DNA of 64,000 nt from Gammaproteobacteria bacterium (GTDB taxonomy: Bacteria; Pseudomonadota; Gammaproteobacteria; UBA12402): the NCBI GenBank assembly GCA_050123335.1, contig JASFHH010000004.1:3561-67560 (forward strand). Direction: 5' to 3'. Under the pieces are notes generated by a model. It was not told the origin of the DNA and did no database searches. It worked only from the letters and a program-made list of their open reading frames with translations. Shown piece after piece: positions 10,264 to 21,299 of the stretch (positions are counted from its first letter, which is position 1; the number at the start of each line of letters is the position of its first letter). The translations under genes and the position numbers were made by a program.

Positions 10264-11523
10264 TTACACCCTGACGTATTTTTTTATCAGCCACAGCAAT
10301 CCTAGTGCCACAATCAAATAAACTGGAAGCAACAACAATGCATATTGATAATCATGCACGGTAAAGTAATGAACACCGTTAACGATTTTACCGCTCCAGG
10401 TTAAATCTAATACTTTACCAATCAAAGGTTCTGTAACAGCGCCAAAGATTGCATCTCCAGTATTAATGAATGCTATAACAGTTGCTGCAAGAGATATTTT
10501 ATTTATGTCTTTTCCTGCGGCAAACCCAAGCATAAAAGCGCCGGTACCAAAACCAAAAATAAATAATAAGGTTCCTAACAACCACAATGGCAATATCGGC
10601 ACATATATGATTAAAGATACTGCAACAAGCGACGTTAAAGATCCATAGGTCATAACTCCCAGACGATTATTCAATTTATCAGAAACAAATCCTAATAATG
10701 GACCGCCAAAAGCAAGACCCAAAAAGACCAGCGAAACTAATGATGCAGCATGAGTGCGTCCTAAATGATAAGCTTCTGCTAAAAATGGATTGCCCCAAAG
10801 GCCTCCAAATACGGCAACGGGCGCAAAAGCTAAACCGCTATAGAATGCAAGCAACCAGTTAGCTTTGCTAGTTAATACCTGCCACACATCTTCAGCCGTA
10901 ATCTTTTGGCTAGATTCTTGTGTTACTGCATCATTAGGCAGTTTTTTATCTCTGGCAAGCAATAAAAATAACCCGACTATTACTAAACCGAAGAAGGCAC
11001 AATATTTTAAACTATGCTGCCAACCTACATGAGTAACTAATAATGACAAGGGTGCTTCTCCAAATAAAGCGCCTATCATTGCTGCAGTTGCCGCAAATCC
11101 ACTAACAAAAGCAAATTGACTGGGTTTAAACCATACTGCAACCATTTTCATATAACTTACCGTTGCAAATGCACCACCTACACCGATTAATAATCGTGAT
11201 AATTCTGCTACAGTTAATGATGTTGAAGCAGCAAAAACTAATGCACCTAAAGCACAACATGCTAATGCACTCATAGTTAATAGTTTTGGGCTGTATTTAT
11301 CCAGCAAAGGTCCAGCAAAAATCTGAACAATCAAATAAGAATAAAAATACGTTGCAGCCAAATTTCCCAACCCTACACCATTGACATGAAAATACCGCAT
11401 GAGATCCATAGTCATTACGCTAGGTGAAACTTGTAAGGTGTATTTATAAAATAAAAATAGTGAGCTTAAAAGTATGGCTATCCAGGGATATAATTTTTTA
11501 TATTTTTTTACCAAGGTGTTCAT
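10264..11523 (-). CDS. MFS transporter (Pht-like amino-acid transporter)
   Basis: 12 TM helices; FLFYKYTLQVSPSVM and GPLLDKYSPK resemble Legionellales Pht family. Confidence 0.85.
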   Translation of the reverse strand: MNTLVKKYKKLYPWIAILLSSLFLFYKYTLQVSPSVMTMDLMRYFHVNGVGLGNLAATYFYSYLIVQIFAGPLLDKYSPKLLTMSALACCALGALVFAASTSLTVAELSRLLIGVGGAFATVSYMKMVAVWFKPSQFAFVSGFAATAAMIGALFGEAPLSLLVTHVGWQHSLKYCAFFGLVIVGLFLLLARDKKLPNDAVTQESSQKITAEDVWQVLTSKANWLLAFYSGLAFAPVAVFGGLWGNPFLAEAYHLGRTHAASLVSLVFLGLAFGGPLLGFVSDKLNNRLGVMTYGSLTSLVAVSLIIYVPILPLWLLGTLLFIFGFGTGAFMLGFAAGKDINKISLAATVIAFINTGDAIFGAVTEPLIGKVLDLTWSGKIVNGVHYFTVHDYQYALLLLPVYLIVALGLLWLIKKYVRV

Positions 11524-11544
11524 GTTGTTTCTCCCAATAAATTA

Positions 11545-11734
11545 AAAATAACGTTTTACGGTTAGAGTTATTTTCCTGTTCTAGAGTTGTAAAACTGTAA
11601 GGAACGATAGCCTGCTAGAACAGGTTTCTAAGGAGAATAATGAGAGAATTCACTGATAAAGATGCATAGCAAACAAGCTCGGCAACAGAACTTGCCACGT
11701 TATGATTTAATTTTTGTTTGCTAAAACTGTTCAC
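11545..11734 (-). promoter_or_regulatory. putative Ile/Leu/Val leader peptide and attenuator
   Basis: GTG 11734 to TAG 11615 gives 39 aa ending ...SLSVNSLIILLRNLF*. CCTGTTCTAG/CTAGAACAGG stem overlaps the stop. Confidence 0.55.
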
Positions 11735-11868
11735 AAAAATACCCTTAAAAATATGGTATTTTGCAAGTATAGAACATAAAATTTAGAGAAGCAAATTTCT
11801 CGTGTTAAATTTAGCTTTATAATGACATCAATTTATTGTAGGGTATCGCTTTAGGAGGAGGTAAGGCA

Positions 11869-12288
11869 ATGAAAACCTACCGCAAAGAGCTTTGGTTTAA
11901 AACTAAACAAAAAATGGAGTTCATCAACATTACACCACAAATTGAGCAATGTTTGAACGAAAGTGGGATTAACGAAGGCCTGATCCTAGTAAATCCAATG
12001 CATATTACCGCCTCCGTGTTTATTAATGACGATGAACACGGCCTGCATCACGATTATATGCAGTTTTTGGAAAAATTAGCGCCATATAAGCCAATCAATC
12101 AATATCGCCACAATGATACTGGCGAAGATAATGCGCATGCTCACATCAAACGTCAATTAATGGGTAGAGAAGTGGTGGTAGCTATAACTAGCGGTCAGCT
12201 CGATTTTGGTACATGGGAACAGATTTTTTATGGTGAATTTGATGGTCAACGCAAGAAGCGTGTGCTGGTAAAAATCATTGGAGAATAA
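11869..12288 (+). CDS. yjbQ: YjbQ family (secondary thiamine-phosphate synthase)
   Basis: [37 protein letters not shown]. Confidence 0.9.
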   Translation: MKTYRKELWFKTKQKMEFINITPQIEQCLNESGINEGLILVNPMHITASVFINDDEHGLHHDYMQFLEKLAPYKPINQYRHNDTGEDNAHAHIKRQLMGREVVVAITSGQLDFGTWEQIFYGEFDGQRKKRVLVKIIGE

Positions 12289-12289
12289 A

Positions 12290-12376
12290 TTGCGTCATCC
12301 CGCGGCTTGACCGCGGGATCCAGAAATAAACATGATTCGAAGCTGGATCCCGCGGTCAAGCCGCGGGATGACGCAA
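12290..12376. repeat. REP/RPE-like doublet palindrome
   Basis: TTGCGTCATCCCGCGGCTTGACCGCGGGATCCAG, spacer, then its perfect reverse complement. Confidence 0.92.
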
Positions 12377-12388
12377 GGAGAGAAAACA

Positions 12389-13165
12389 ATGGGTTATGGT
12401 ACCAAATTTCTAGTTAGCTTAATTATTTTGTGCATAGCATTAATTTTTGGGTTATTTCCAATTTTAATTCGTGTAAACGGTTTAACTAAAAAAATATTAT
12501 CCTATGGTGAATCTTTTGCTGGCGGAATTTTTTTGGGAGCAGGTCTAATTCATTTACTGCCTGATGCTCAGAATGGATTGCATGCAGTTTTCAAAAGTAC
12601 TTATCCATTAGCATTTGTACTTTGTGCTTTTACTATTTTAGCGTTGCGTATGATTGAAGAGGGCACCATTAAATTATTAGTTTGCCATAACGAAGCATGC
12701 AAGCATCCGCACTTACAACCATGGTTGGCATATTTGTTAGCAATTCTATTATCAATTCACTCGGTTATCGCAGGCATTGCGTTAGGTGTCGAAACTGCAT
12801 TATCTACTTTTATTATCATTTTTATTGCAATAATTGCACATAAAGGTTCAGCAGCGTTTGCGCTGGGGGTTAGCATGCGCAAACAAGGATTAACTAAAAA
12901 TATTATGCTTCAGTTGATGTTATTATTTTCTTTAATGACACCAATTGGAATTATTTTCGGGTCTTTTTTCGCACATTGTTTAGCTGCAAATTCTGGCCAA
13001 TTTATTTCAGGAATTTTTAATGCAATTGCTGCCGGAACATTTATTTATATTGCTTTTCATATTGTTGATACTAAAGAGACTGAAGAATGCGTGCCGGTTT
13101 TACTACGACTTGCATATTTTGCGTTAGGATTAATGGTAATGACTGCGATAGCTTTGTATATGTAA
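12389..13165 (+). CDS. ZIP family metal (Zn) transporter
   Basis: AGGIFLGAGLIHLLP, LSIHSVIAGIALG, AIIAHKGSAAFALG. Start ATG 12389 after GGAG. Confidence 0.9.
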   Translation: MGYGTKFLVSLIILCIALIFGLFPILIRVNGLTKKILSYGESFAGGIFLGAGLIHLLPDAQNGLHAVFKSTYPLAFVLCAFTILALRMIEEGTIKLLVCHNEACKHPHLQPWLAYLLAILLSIHSVIAGIALGVETALSTFIIIFIAIIAHKGSAAFALGVSMRKQGLTKNIMLQLMLLFSLMTPIGIIFGSFFAHCLAANSGQFISGIFNAIAAGTFIYIAFHIVDTKETEECVPVLLRLAYFALGLMVMTAIALYM

Positions 13166-13183
13166 TCATCCAGGAGAAATAAA

Positions 13184-14482
13184 ATGAAAAACTTTTTACA
13201 ACGTTATTTTAAACTAAAAGAAAATAATACTTCGATTCGTGTGGAATTGATTGCTGCTTTAACTACTTTTGTTACTATGGTATACATTATTTTTGTTAAC
13301 CCAGAAATTTTGTCACAAACCGGAATGGATACCAGTTCTGTTTTTGTTGCAACTTGCTTAGTCGCTGCCACGGGAAGTTTTTTAGTTGGAATTTTAGCAA
13401 ATTATCCAATAGCGTTAGCGCCAGGAATGGGGCTTAATGCTTATTTTGTATATATTATCGCACGGCATGCAGGATTTAATTGGCAATCAGCGCTTGGCGC
13501 AATGTTGATTACTGGAATTTTATTTATTTTGTTAGTGATATTTAGGTTGCATCGCAAAATTATTGCCGCAATTCCACATACTTTAATTCTTGGTATTATT
13601 ATCGGTATGGGCTTGCTGATTGCTTTAGTTGGCTTGCAAAATATGCAATTAATTATGCATCACCCGCATGAATGGTTTCATTTTGGCTCGCCGCAATTAT
13701 GGCCAGTGCTATTATTTTTATTTGGCTTAGTTGTGATTGTGGTATTACATCATTTTAAAATATTAGGTGGAATTTTAATTAGCATTTTAACCGTAACTGC
13801 GCTGAGTTTATTATTTGGTATCAGCAAATTTCATGGTATAATTTCATTACCACCAAGTATCAAGCCAACCTTATTTTCTTTCAATTTGCATCAATTATTT
13901 AATTTAACTGGTTTAGGAATAATTTGTGCTTTCTTTATTGCAGGTTTATTCGACTTTTCTGGTGTAACTATGGGGATTTTAAAACAAACCAAAATCCCTA
14001 AACAGTATGATTACCAACCAAGATTTGCTAAAGCATTATTATCCGACGGCATTGCAACTTTATTGTGTGGCTGTTTTGGTAGTTCTGGAACCACAGCGTA
14101 TCTGGAAAACTCTGCTGGTATTCATGCTGGTGGACGTACTGGTTTAACCGCAGTAATTATTGCAATTTTATTTTTATTGGTGTTGTTTTTTGCGCCGCTA
14201 ACCAAAACCATTCCTGTGTGTGCTACAGCCGCACCATTGATTTTTATTGGTTATCATATGGCAAAACATGTTCTTGAGATTAATTGGTCGGATTTAACTG
14301 ACTTCATTCCAACATTGGTCATTGCAGCAATTATACCATATGCTGGTTCTGTTGCTGATGGAGCAGGAGCTGGTTTTATTATGTATATAATTTTAAAGCT
14401 AATTATGCGAAAAACTGTAGATATAAATCCTACATTGATTATATTTGGCTTAATTTTTGTAATTTATTTTTTGGGGACTTAA
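13184..14482 (+). CDS. NCS2/AzgA nucleobase permease
   Basis: ELIAALTTFVTMVYIIFVNP, APGMGLNAYF, ENSAGIHAGGRTGLTA. Confidence 0.92.
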   Translation: MKNFLQRYFKLKENNTSIRVELIAALTTFVTMVYIIFVNPEILSQTGMDTSSVFVATCLVAATGSFLVGILANYPIALAPGMGLNAYFVYIIARHAGFNWQSALGAMLITGILFILLVIFRLHRKIIAAIPHTLILGIIIGMGLLIALVGLQNMQLIMHHPHEWFHFGSPQLWPVLLFLFGLVVIVVLHHFKILGGILISILTVTALSLLFGISKFHGIISLPPSIKPTLFSFNLHQLFNLTGLGIICAFFIAGLFDFSGVTMGILKQTKIPKQYDYQPRFAKALLSDGIATLLCGCFGSSGTTAYLENSAGIHAGGRTGLTAVIIAILFLLVLFFAPLTKTIPVCATAAPLIFIGYHMAKHVLEINWSDLTDFIPTLVIAAIIPYAGSVADGAGAGFIMYIILKLIMRKTVDINPTLIIFGLIFVIYFLGT

Positions 14483-14485
14483 AAT

Positions 14486-15145
14486 ATGAAATTGAAATTT
14501 TTAGCGCATGCCGCTTTTTTGTTAACTTCTGACAGAGATACTAAAATTTTAATTGATCCATATGAACCAGGAGGATTCGATGGCGCAATAAATTATCAAC
14601 CCATTAATGAATCAGTAGATGCAATAGTGATTAGCCATCAGCATGCAGATCATAATTATATTGCACCGCATCATCAAAATGCTACGGTTTTCGATCAAGT
14701 TGGTGAATTTGAATTTAATGACATAAAAATTTTAGGTTTTCATTCTTATCATGATGATGAAAAGGGTAAGAAACGAGGAGAAAACATAATTTTTGTAATT
14801 AAAATTGACGATGTTACGATTTGTCATTTAGGAGATTTGGGGCATAAATTATCTGTTGCTGATGCTGAATTAATAGGAGAAATTGATATTTTATTAGTGC
14901 CGGTTGGCGGTGTATACACTATAGATGCAGAAACAGCAACCGAAGTTATGCATACTTTAAAACCAAAAGTTTGCATTCCAATGCATTACAAAAGCGATAA
15001 AATTACAATTGATCTTGCACCTGTTAATGATTTTCTTGCTGATAAAAACAATGTAAAAATGCTGCAGCAAGCAGAAATTGAATTAGAATATAATAATTTA
15101 CCGCATGAACCGGAAATTTGGGTGTTAGAACAAGCAAAAGCATAA
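14486..15145 (+). CDS. MBL-fold metallo-hydrolase
   Basis: SHQHADH, HLGDLGH, PVGG..TID, IPMHY. Confidence 0.9.
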   Translation: MKLKFLAHAAFLLTSDRDTKILIDPYEPGGFDGAINYQPINESVDAIVISHQHADHNYIAPHHQNATVFDQVGEFEFNDIKILGFHSYHDDEKGKKRGENIIFVIKIDDVTICHLGDLGHKLSVADAELIGEIDILLVPVGGVYTIDAETATEVMHTLKPKVCIPMHYKSDKITIDLAPVNDFLADKNNVKMLQQAEIELEYNNLPHEPEIWVLEQAKA

Positions 15146-15154
15146 TAGGAGATA

Positions 15155-15361
15155 ATGATGGAATGCATAAAAGATCGTAACAAAAAACACTGTAATTGTA
15201 GTTATGAACCTTGTCCGCGCAAAGGCATGTGCTGCGAATGTTTGCGGCATCATTTAAGTAATAATCAATTGCCAGCATGTTGTTTTCCTGATGACATCGA
15301 AAAAACTTATGACCGCAGCATTGAAAAGTTTATTGAAGCTTATCAAAACAAAAATAAATAA
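15155..15361 (+). CDS. small Cys-rich protein (DUF6485-like)
   Basis: [20 protein letters not shown]....LPACCF....EKTYDRS. Confidence 0.75.
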   Translation: MMECIKDRNKKHCNCSYEPCPRKGMCCECLRHHLSNNQLPACCFPDDIEKTYDRSIEKFIEAYQNKNK

Positions 15362-15376
15362 TGCTAGACAAAAATA

Positions 15377-16096
15377 CTATGATGTAAAAGATGCAATAAT
15401 TGATACTACTTCCTCAACTGAATGCGCCCGATAATCTGGCTGCATCTCCCAAAGATCTGGATTAGCGCCACTATAACATGCTGCAATATTTACAACACGT
15501 AATTGATTTTTATCATTGCGTAACATCTTTTCTGCATTCCGTGCAAATTGTGTGTCTTCATGATGATCTCCAATATATATAATAGTTCCTGTTGCAGGCA
15601 CTTTCATTTGTTGCAAACAATATGCAAAACTTTCCGGATCTGGTTTTGGTTGATTAATTGCTTTAGTGTTATAACCAACAATGTAAGCAAAATAATTTAA
15701 TAATTGACGTTGCTGCAAGTCTTTTTCGATAAGCTGTGCGCAATTGAGCGAACAAATTCCTTGAGGAATAGGGGAGAGATTGCTAATTAATTGTGGAATA
15801 CCATCAAACATTTCTACTGGGGTTTGGTTTTTTAATTGGAATTCACTCCATAGCGCTCCAGCTTCATTAATTTGTTGCTCTGATAAACCAAAATGCTCCT
15901 TATAAAAATGACGCCAATTAGTAGCGGAACATGTAATATCTCTATATTTTTCTATGGAGGATAATGCTAACGGCCACTCGTTATTTGAAGTAATATAATT
16001 AAGATGCAGCAGAATTTCCCTAGTTGCCATAAGGTTTTTGTGGGTGCTATCTACTAAAGTACCATCATAATCCCATAATATTGCTGAAATGGTCAT
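15377..16096 (-). CDS. HAD-family hydrolase
   Basis: WDYDGTLVDS, KPDP, YIGD...D. Confidence 0.88.
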   Translation of the reverse strand: MTISAILWDYDGTLVDSTHKNLMATREILLHLNYITSNNEWPLALSSIEKYRDITCSATNWRHFYKEHFGLSEQQINEAGALWSEFQLKNQTPVEMFDGIPQLISNLSPIPQGICSLNCAQLIEKDLQQRQLLNYFAYIVGYNTKAINQPKPDPESFAYCLQQMKVPATGTIIYIGDHHEDTQFARNAEKMLRNDKNQLRVVNIAACYSGANPDLWEMQPDYRAHSVEEVVSIIASFTS

Positions 16097-16223
16097 ATTA
16101 TCTTTCCAATATCAATGAAACTGTGTATTTTATCACTAATTATATGTAATAACAAATGAGATTTTGGTTCCAAAGTGGAGCAAAAAAATGTATCATGAGG
16201 CCTAGTAAAAAAGAGAATTAATT

Positions 16224-17237
16224 ATGAAAAACAAACCATTAAACATTTTTAACGCCACTATACAGCCTGGTGAAGTTGCTTCTTTAGCATTTCCGATGCC
16301 GGAAATTTCCAGTTATGCACCAATATACATGCCAATCAAAGTTGTTCATGGTAAACAAACAGGGCCTACTTTATTAGTTTTAGCTGCTATTCACGGTGAC
16401 GAATTAAACGGCACAGAAATAGTAAATCGTCTTCTGGGGCTTTCTTTGCTAAAAAAATTAACTGGTACTTTAATAATGATTCCTGTATTCAATGTGTATG
16501 GATACATTACTAGATCAAGATATTTAACTGATGGTTTAGAGCTTGATAAAGCATTTCCTGGTCGTGCTACCGGCTCACATGCTGCAAGATTGGCACATTT
16601 ATTCACTTCAGAAATCTTATCTCAAGTAGATTATTGCATCGATTTAAGAACAGGAGCGATCAATCATAGCAATTTACCACAAATTTATATTAATCCTGAA
16701 ATCAAACACAACGAACAATTAGCCAGTGCTTTTAAAGCGCCGGTGATTTGCCATGTAAAAGCAGAAAAAAATACATTGCGTGCAACTGCAAGCAAAAAAA
16801 ATATTCCATACTTGGTTTATGAAGCAGGTGAGGCACTGCGTTTCGATGAGCGTGCCATTAAAGTTGGTTTAAAAGGAATAACTAATGTATTACGCCATTT
16901 AAAAATGCTCCCAGAATTAAATAAACCAAAACAAAAAACAGCTACTTCATTTGTTGTTGAAAGTTATAATTGGATAAGAGCACCGAAGAGCGGCACCGCT
17001 TATTCTAATATTAAATTGGGCCAAAAGGTTTCAGAAAAAGAACAAATAGCTATTATTAAAGATCCATTTGGGTCATCTGATAATGTATATGTTCGCGCCC
17101 CCCATGATGGCATCATTGTTGGTAAAAATAATCTTCCATTAGTTCACGAAGGTGAAACTTTATTTCAAATTGCAATCTTTAAAAAAGGAAAAGAAGTTGC
17201 AGCCAAACTAAAAGAATGGAAAGAGGTTAACGCATAA
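16224..17237 (+). CDS. succinylglutamate desuccinylase/aspartoacylase family protein
   Basis: AAIHGDELNG, FPG...GS, YEAGEALRFD. Confidence 0.88.
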   Translation: MKNKPLNIFNATIQPGEVASLAFPMPEISSYAPIYMPIKVVHGKQTGPTLLVLAAIHGDELNGTEIVNRLLGLSLLKKLTGTLIMIPVFNVYGYITRSRYLTDGLELDKAFPGRATGSHAARLAHLFTSEILSQVDYCIDLRTGAINHSNLPQIYINPEIKHNEQLASAFKAPVICHVKAEKNTLRATASKKNIPYLVYEAGEALRFDERAIKVGLKGITNVLRHLKMLPELNKPKQKTATSFVVESYNWIRAPKSGTAYSNIKLGQKVSEKEQIAIIKDPFGSSDNVYVRAPHDGIIVGKNNLPLVHEGETLFQIAIFKKGKEVAAKLKEWKEVNA

Positions 17238-17245
17238 GCAATATA

Positions 17246-18532
17246 ATGCAGCAATCAAATGATAAGATCACAATTCTTGGATGTTTTATTTGGCTTTTAG
17301 CCGCTTCATTTTTTTTGTATGAATTTTTTCTACGTACTTTCATTGGAACAATTGCTGATGAAATTACAAGTTCTTTGCATTTAGGCGCAGAACAATTATC
17401 CCTAATAGGTGCAGCATATTTTGTTACTTATGGAATTATGCAAGCGTTTGTTGGTGTACTAATTGACTCATTCGGGATAAAAAAATTACTAGCAGCAGCC
17501 ACTTTTATTTGTGTAGCAGGAGTTTTTCTCTTTACGTTTGCACAGGGATTTATTCTATTACTAATAGCACGTTTATTAATGGGTTTTGGTTCGGCATTTG
17601 GTTTTGTGAGTTTATTAATGTTGTCACTTAATTGGTTTCCGCATAAACATTTTGGATTTATTGCGGGTTTGTCGCAACTTTTAGGCGCAGTAGGGCCTTT
17701 GTTAGCTGGTGCACCATTAGTCATTTTGCTTACAAGTTTACATAATAATTGGCGTATTGTGTTAGGAGGTATTGGTGTTACAGGATTATTGATTGGGTGT
17801 TTAATATGGATTTTTGTTAGAGATTTTCCAAAAAATGTAGATAATAAAATCATTTATTTAAATAAGGAAAAACCCATATATAAAAAATTAATTAATTTAT
17901 TCCGCAATACTCAAGCATGGTTAATAATTATATATGCAACTTTAGCAAATTCTAGTTTGGCAATATTGGGCATAGTGTGGGGCACAACGTATTTAGAAAC
18001 TCATAATTTCTCGCAGAAAAATGCAGCTTTGGTATCCTCGTTAATTTGGGCAGGATATGCGATAGGTTGTCCCATACTAGGGTTTATCTCTGATTTTTTG
18101 AAACAACGCAAATTACCCATGTTAATATGTGCTTCTTTAGGGCTTGTTGCAAGTATTTTCACAATTTACACCCCAATTAATAATATATATATTTTTTCTT
18201 TAATATTTTTCTGTTTAGGAATCGCAGGATCTGGACAAAGCTTAGCTTTTGCAATCATGTCAGAACGCATCCGACCAGAAACTCATGCAACGGGTTTTGG
18301 TATAAATAATGGACTGCTTATGTTATCCACAACGTTGTTGATTCCATTGTTCGGATTATTTATTAAATTGTCGCAACCGCACGCTAGTATGAAATATCAG
18401 TCAGAAAATTTTATTTTGGGGTTAAGCATGATGCTTGTAATATATATAGTTGCAATTACAATATGTTTCTTTATTAAAGAAACATATTGTAGACAGCAAA
18501 CTATTCCTGTTAAATTGGATACAGAAAAATAA
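17246..18532 (+). CDS. MFS transporter (Pht-like)
   Basis: FFLYEFFLRT, GVLIDSFGIKK, GFISDFLKQRK. Confidence 0.88.
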   Translation: MQQSNDKITILGCFIWLLAASFFLYEFFLRTFIGTIADEITSSLHLGAEQLSLIGAAYFVTYGIMQAFVGVLIDSFGIKKLLAAATFICVAGVFLFTFAQGFILLLIARLLMGFGSAFGFVSLLMLSLNWFPHKHFGFIAGLSQLLGAVGPLLAGAPLVILLTSLHNNWRIVLGGIGVTGLLIGCLIWIFVRDFPKNVDNKIIYLNKEKPIYKKLINLFRNTQAWLIIIYATLANSSLAILGIVWGTTYLETHNFSQKNAALVSSLIWAGYAIGCPILGFISDFLKQRKLPMLICASLGLVASIFTIYTPINNIYIFSLIFFCLGIAGSGQSLAFAIMSERIRPETHATGFGINNGLLMLSTTLLIPLFGLFIKLSQPHASMKYQSENFILGLSMMLVIYIVAITICFFIKETYCRQQTIPVKLDTEK

Positions 18533-19845
18533 TGAATATTTTTTTAAACAAAACACAAACAAAAATTTCTTTACTAGGCTGTTTTATTTGGTCGCTAGCT
18601 GCATTGTTTTTCTTATATGAATTTTTTCTGCGTACTTTTTTAGGAAGTATTGTTCATGAAATCACAATCGCATTAAAAGTTAACGCCGAACAATTGTCAT
18701 ACATAGATGCAGGTTATTATTTAACTTATGGTTTGCTGCAAATCCCTGTCGGCATTTTAGTTGATAAATATGGAGCAAGATTATTATTAACTATTTTTAG
18801 TTTCGTGTGTGCATTAGGGGTTTTCGTTTTTTGTTTCGCACATGGCCTCGCTACTGGAATAATAGGGCGCTTTTTAATGGGCGCCGGTTCAGCATTTGCT
18901 TTTATATGTTTATTAAATCTGACTTTAAACTGGTTTCCGCAAAAAATTATGGGATTTATTTTTGGATTAGCTCAATTTCTAGGTGCTATTGGCCCAACAA
19001 TAGCTGGAGCGCCTTTGGTTATATTATTATATAAAATGCACGATAATTGGCGTTTAGTGTTTTTTTTAATAGGGCTTGTTGGCATATTGCTTGCCATTCT
19101 TATCGGAATATTTGTTCGCAATAAACCAAAATCATTTAAGTTACAATTAAAGTTCCTAAGCAAATCATCATCTTTAATGAAAAGACTAATTACGCTTGTG
19201 AAAAATCCACAAGCATGGTGGATTGTTCTATATTCAGCAGCAAATTACGTAGCGCTCGCTTTTTTAGGAACACTATGGGGTACCACTTATATAGAAACCA
19301 GAGGCATTAGTCACGAAACAGCAGCATTTATTTCGTCAATGGTATGGTTTGGATTGGCATTTGGTTGTCCGTTTTTCGGTGCAATTTCAGATATTATCAA
19401 GCGAAGGAAAACCACCTTAATCGCAAGTGCAATTTTAGGCATCTGTATGGTTTTAGCGATAATATACTGTCCGATAAATAGCAAAATAATATTTGCTTTA
19501 TTATTCTTTGGATTAGGAGTTGCGGGATCAGGCCAAAGCGTTGCGTTTACCACAATCGCTGAACACGTTGAAGTAAATTTGCATGCTACAGCTCTAGGAT
19601 TTAATAATGCGGGGATAGCTTTCGCCAACACGATGATGATTCCCTTAATTACTGCTTTAATTCAATTATCATTTCATCAGCATTATGTAACTGGCAGACA
19701 AATTTATCATCAATCTAATTTTACTCTGAGCTTGTTATCCCTAGCTACATTATTTTTAATTTCATTAATCGTTGCTATTTTTGGGATCAAAGAAACATTT
19801 TGTCGCCAACAAAAAGAGTTTTTTAAGTTGCGGATCGTGCCTTGA
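18532..19845 (+). CDS. MFS transporter (Pht-like), tandem paralogue of previous gene
   Basis: FFLYEFFLRT, GILVDKYGAR, shared KET.CRQQ tail. Confidence 0.88.
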   Translation: MNIFLNKTQTKISLLGCFIWSLAALFFLYEFFLRTFLGSIVHEITIALKVNAEQLSYIDAGYYLTYGLLQIPVGILVDKYGARLLLTIFSFVCALGVFVFCFAHGLATGIIGRFLMGAGSAFAFICLLNLTLNWFPQKIMGFIFGLAQFLGAIGPTIAGAPLVILLYKMHDNWRLVFFLIGLVGILLAILIGIFVRNKPKSFKLQLKFLSKSSSLMKRLITLVKNPQAWWIVLYSAANYVALAFLGTLWGTTYIETRGISHETAAFISSMVWFGLAFGCPFFGAISDIIKRRKTTLIASAILGICMVLAIIYCPINSKIIFALLFFGLGVAGSGQSVAFTTIAEHVEVNLHATALGFNNAGIAFANTMMIPLITALIQLSFHQHYVTGRQIYHQSNFTLSLLSLATLFLISLIVAIFGIKETFCRQQKEFFKLRIVP

Positions 19846-19963
19846 AAAACATACATTAATGTTTTATTTTAAAAAAACTTCATATATTTATGATTTTAAA
19901 CGCTTTTTAATATAAGAGAAGAAAAACATTGATCGGCGATCAATAAAAGTTAAAAATATATAT

Positions 19964-20242
19964 ATGCTTAAAAACTATTTTACCAATGCTATGATCTGCG
20001 CCGCAGTAACATTTCTAGTTACCGGGGTATTAGCCTTTATACCATTAGTATTTTCAATTGTCATTCTAATAATTTTAAGCATTCTCTGGCTATTTTTTAG
20101 CACAGTTGGTTGGTTATCTGTAACAATCTCAATTATAGCGTTAATTGCAGCTATCTTATTTTGTCTGCCATTTATTACCGCTTTAATCGCTGGAATAGTA
20201 GGTTTTATTTGTGGAATTTTTAATGTAAAAAGCGCTGAATAG
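19964..20242 (+). CDS. small hydrophobic membrane protein
   Basis: 92 aa, almost wholly hydrophobic. Confidence 0.55.
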   Translation: MLKNYFTNAMICAAVTFLVTGVLAFIPLVFSIVILIILSILWLFFSTVGWLSVTISIIALIAAILFCLPFITALIAGIVGFICGIFNVKSAE

Positions 20243-20285
20243 GATGTTTATGAACCAAACCCGACAAATTTTGCACTTTTGCGTG

Positions 20286-20353
20286 TAAGCGCTTGATTTT
20301 ATTACCAAAAGCCACCAACATAAACTTTCGGTTTGATCTTTAACCCATTGATT
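20286..20353 (-). promoter_or_regulatory. two IHF consensus sites
   Basis: - strand AATCAA-GCGC-TTA (20286-20298) and AATCAA-TGGG-TTA (20341-20353) match WATCAANNNNTTR. Confidence 0.45.
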
Positions 20354-20590
20354 AATTTGGATATTCTAAATTGAACCGGTTTATGATGTTTAACACGATT
20401 TTTGCCCGGTAAACTATAAGCATTAATCTAAATAATAAATATAGTGATGGCAATTTTTTTTAGAAATGCTATCCTTAACGTTGCATGATTTCTAAGCCAT
20501 TCGTTTTGATCACTTCGAAAGTTAGTTTTTCAAAAATCAGAAAGCCTAAGTTATTAAGCAGTATTTTATTTTTAAAAAAGAGAGATATTT

Positions 20591-20863
20591 ATGAAAAAAT
20601 TATATGTTGGTAATTTACCTTATTCAGTTACAGAAGAAAGTCTTGAATCGTTATTTTCACAATTTGGACAGGTTGAAAGTGTTGTCATTATCAAAGAAAG
20701 AGAAACAGGCCGCACAAAGGGGTTCGGCTTTGTGGAATTTAAAAAACAAGCCGATGCTGAATCTGCCTTAGAATTAAATGGGAAAGATTTTGAAGGTCGT
20801 CTATTAAAAGTTAATATGGCTAAACCAAAAGAATCTAGTGCTGGAAGAGGGCGTCGTTGGTAA
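20591..20863 (+). CDS. RRM-domain RNA-binding protein
   Basis: RNP2 LYVGNL and RNP1 KGFGFVEF. Confidence 0.93.
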   Translation: MKKLYVGNLPYSVTEESLESLFSQFGQVESVVIIKERETGRTKGFGFVEFKKQADAESALELNGKDFEGRLLKVNMAKPKESSAGRGRRW

Positions 20864-20961
20864 CAAGGAAGATGGATGGGATTGGGAAAAGATGAAGATT
20901 GTAGGTTGAACCAACATATAGAGCGGTTTTGCCCTTGAATTCAGGGCCACTTAACCCATAT

Positions 20962-20990
20962 TATCTCCGATAAGTTTTCTTATCTACTAC
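20962..20990. other. dif-like tyrosine-recombinase site 1
   Basis: ATCTCCGATAA-GTTTTC-TTATCTACTAC (11-6-11). 13-bp arm 20962-20974 is inverted at 27822-27834. Confidence 0.65.
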
Positions 20991-21299
20991 AAATATTTAT
21001 ATCGTAATTATAGTAATAAAAGTTGTTGATTTTTATTTTTTAGTTACTTAGAATACGCATTATCTTAATAATTTTTATTATAGTAATCTTAGTACTTAAA
21101 GTATAAATATATTAAGAAATGTGTTTATTGGCTGTTTAAAAAAATAATAATTTTTGATGAGATACGGTAATGTGCTGATGATTAATCAGTGGCTTAAAAA
21201 GTGTTAAGAAGTCAAGGCTCCCCGAGTGGAACTAATGTTAGAGTATTGACATAACGAAAATAGCACTCGGAAGCTTTGGATAAATGGGATCCATTATAG

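Noticed and set aside
12332-12388. N-terminal extension of ZIP transporter
   Set aside because: Translated REP sequence (WIPRSSRGMT); the RBS supports 12389.
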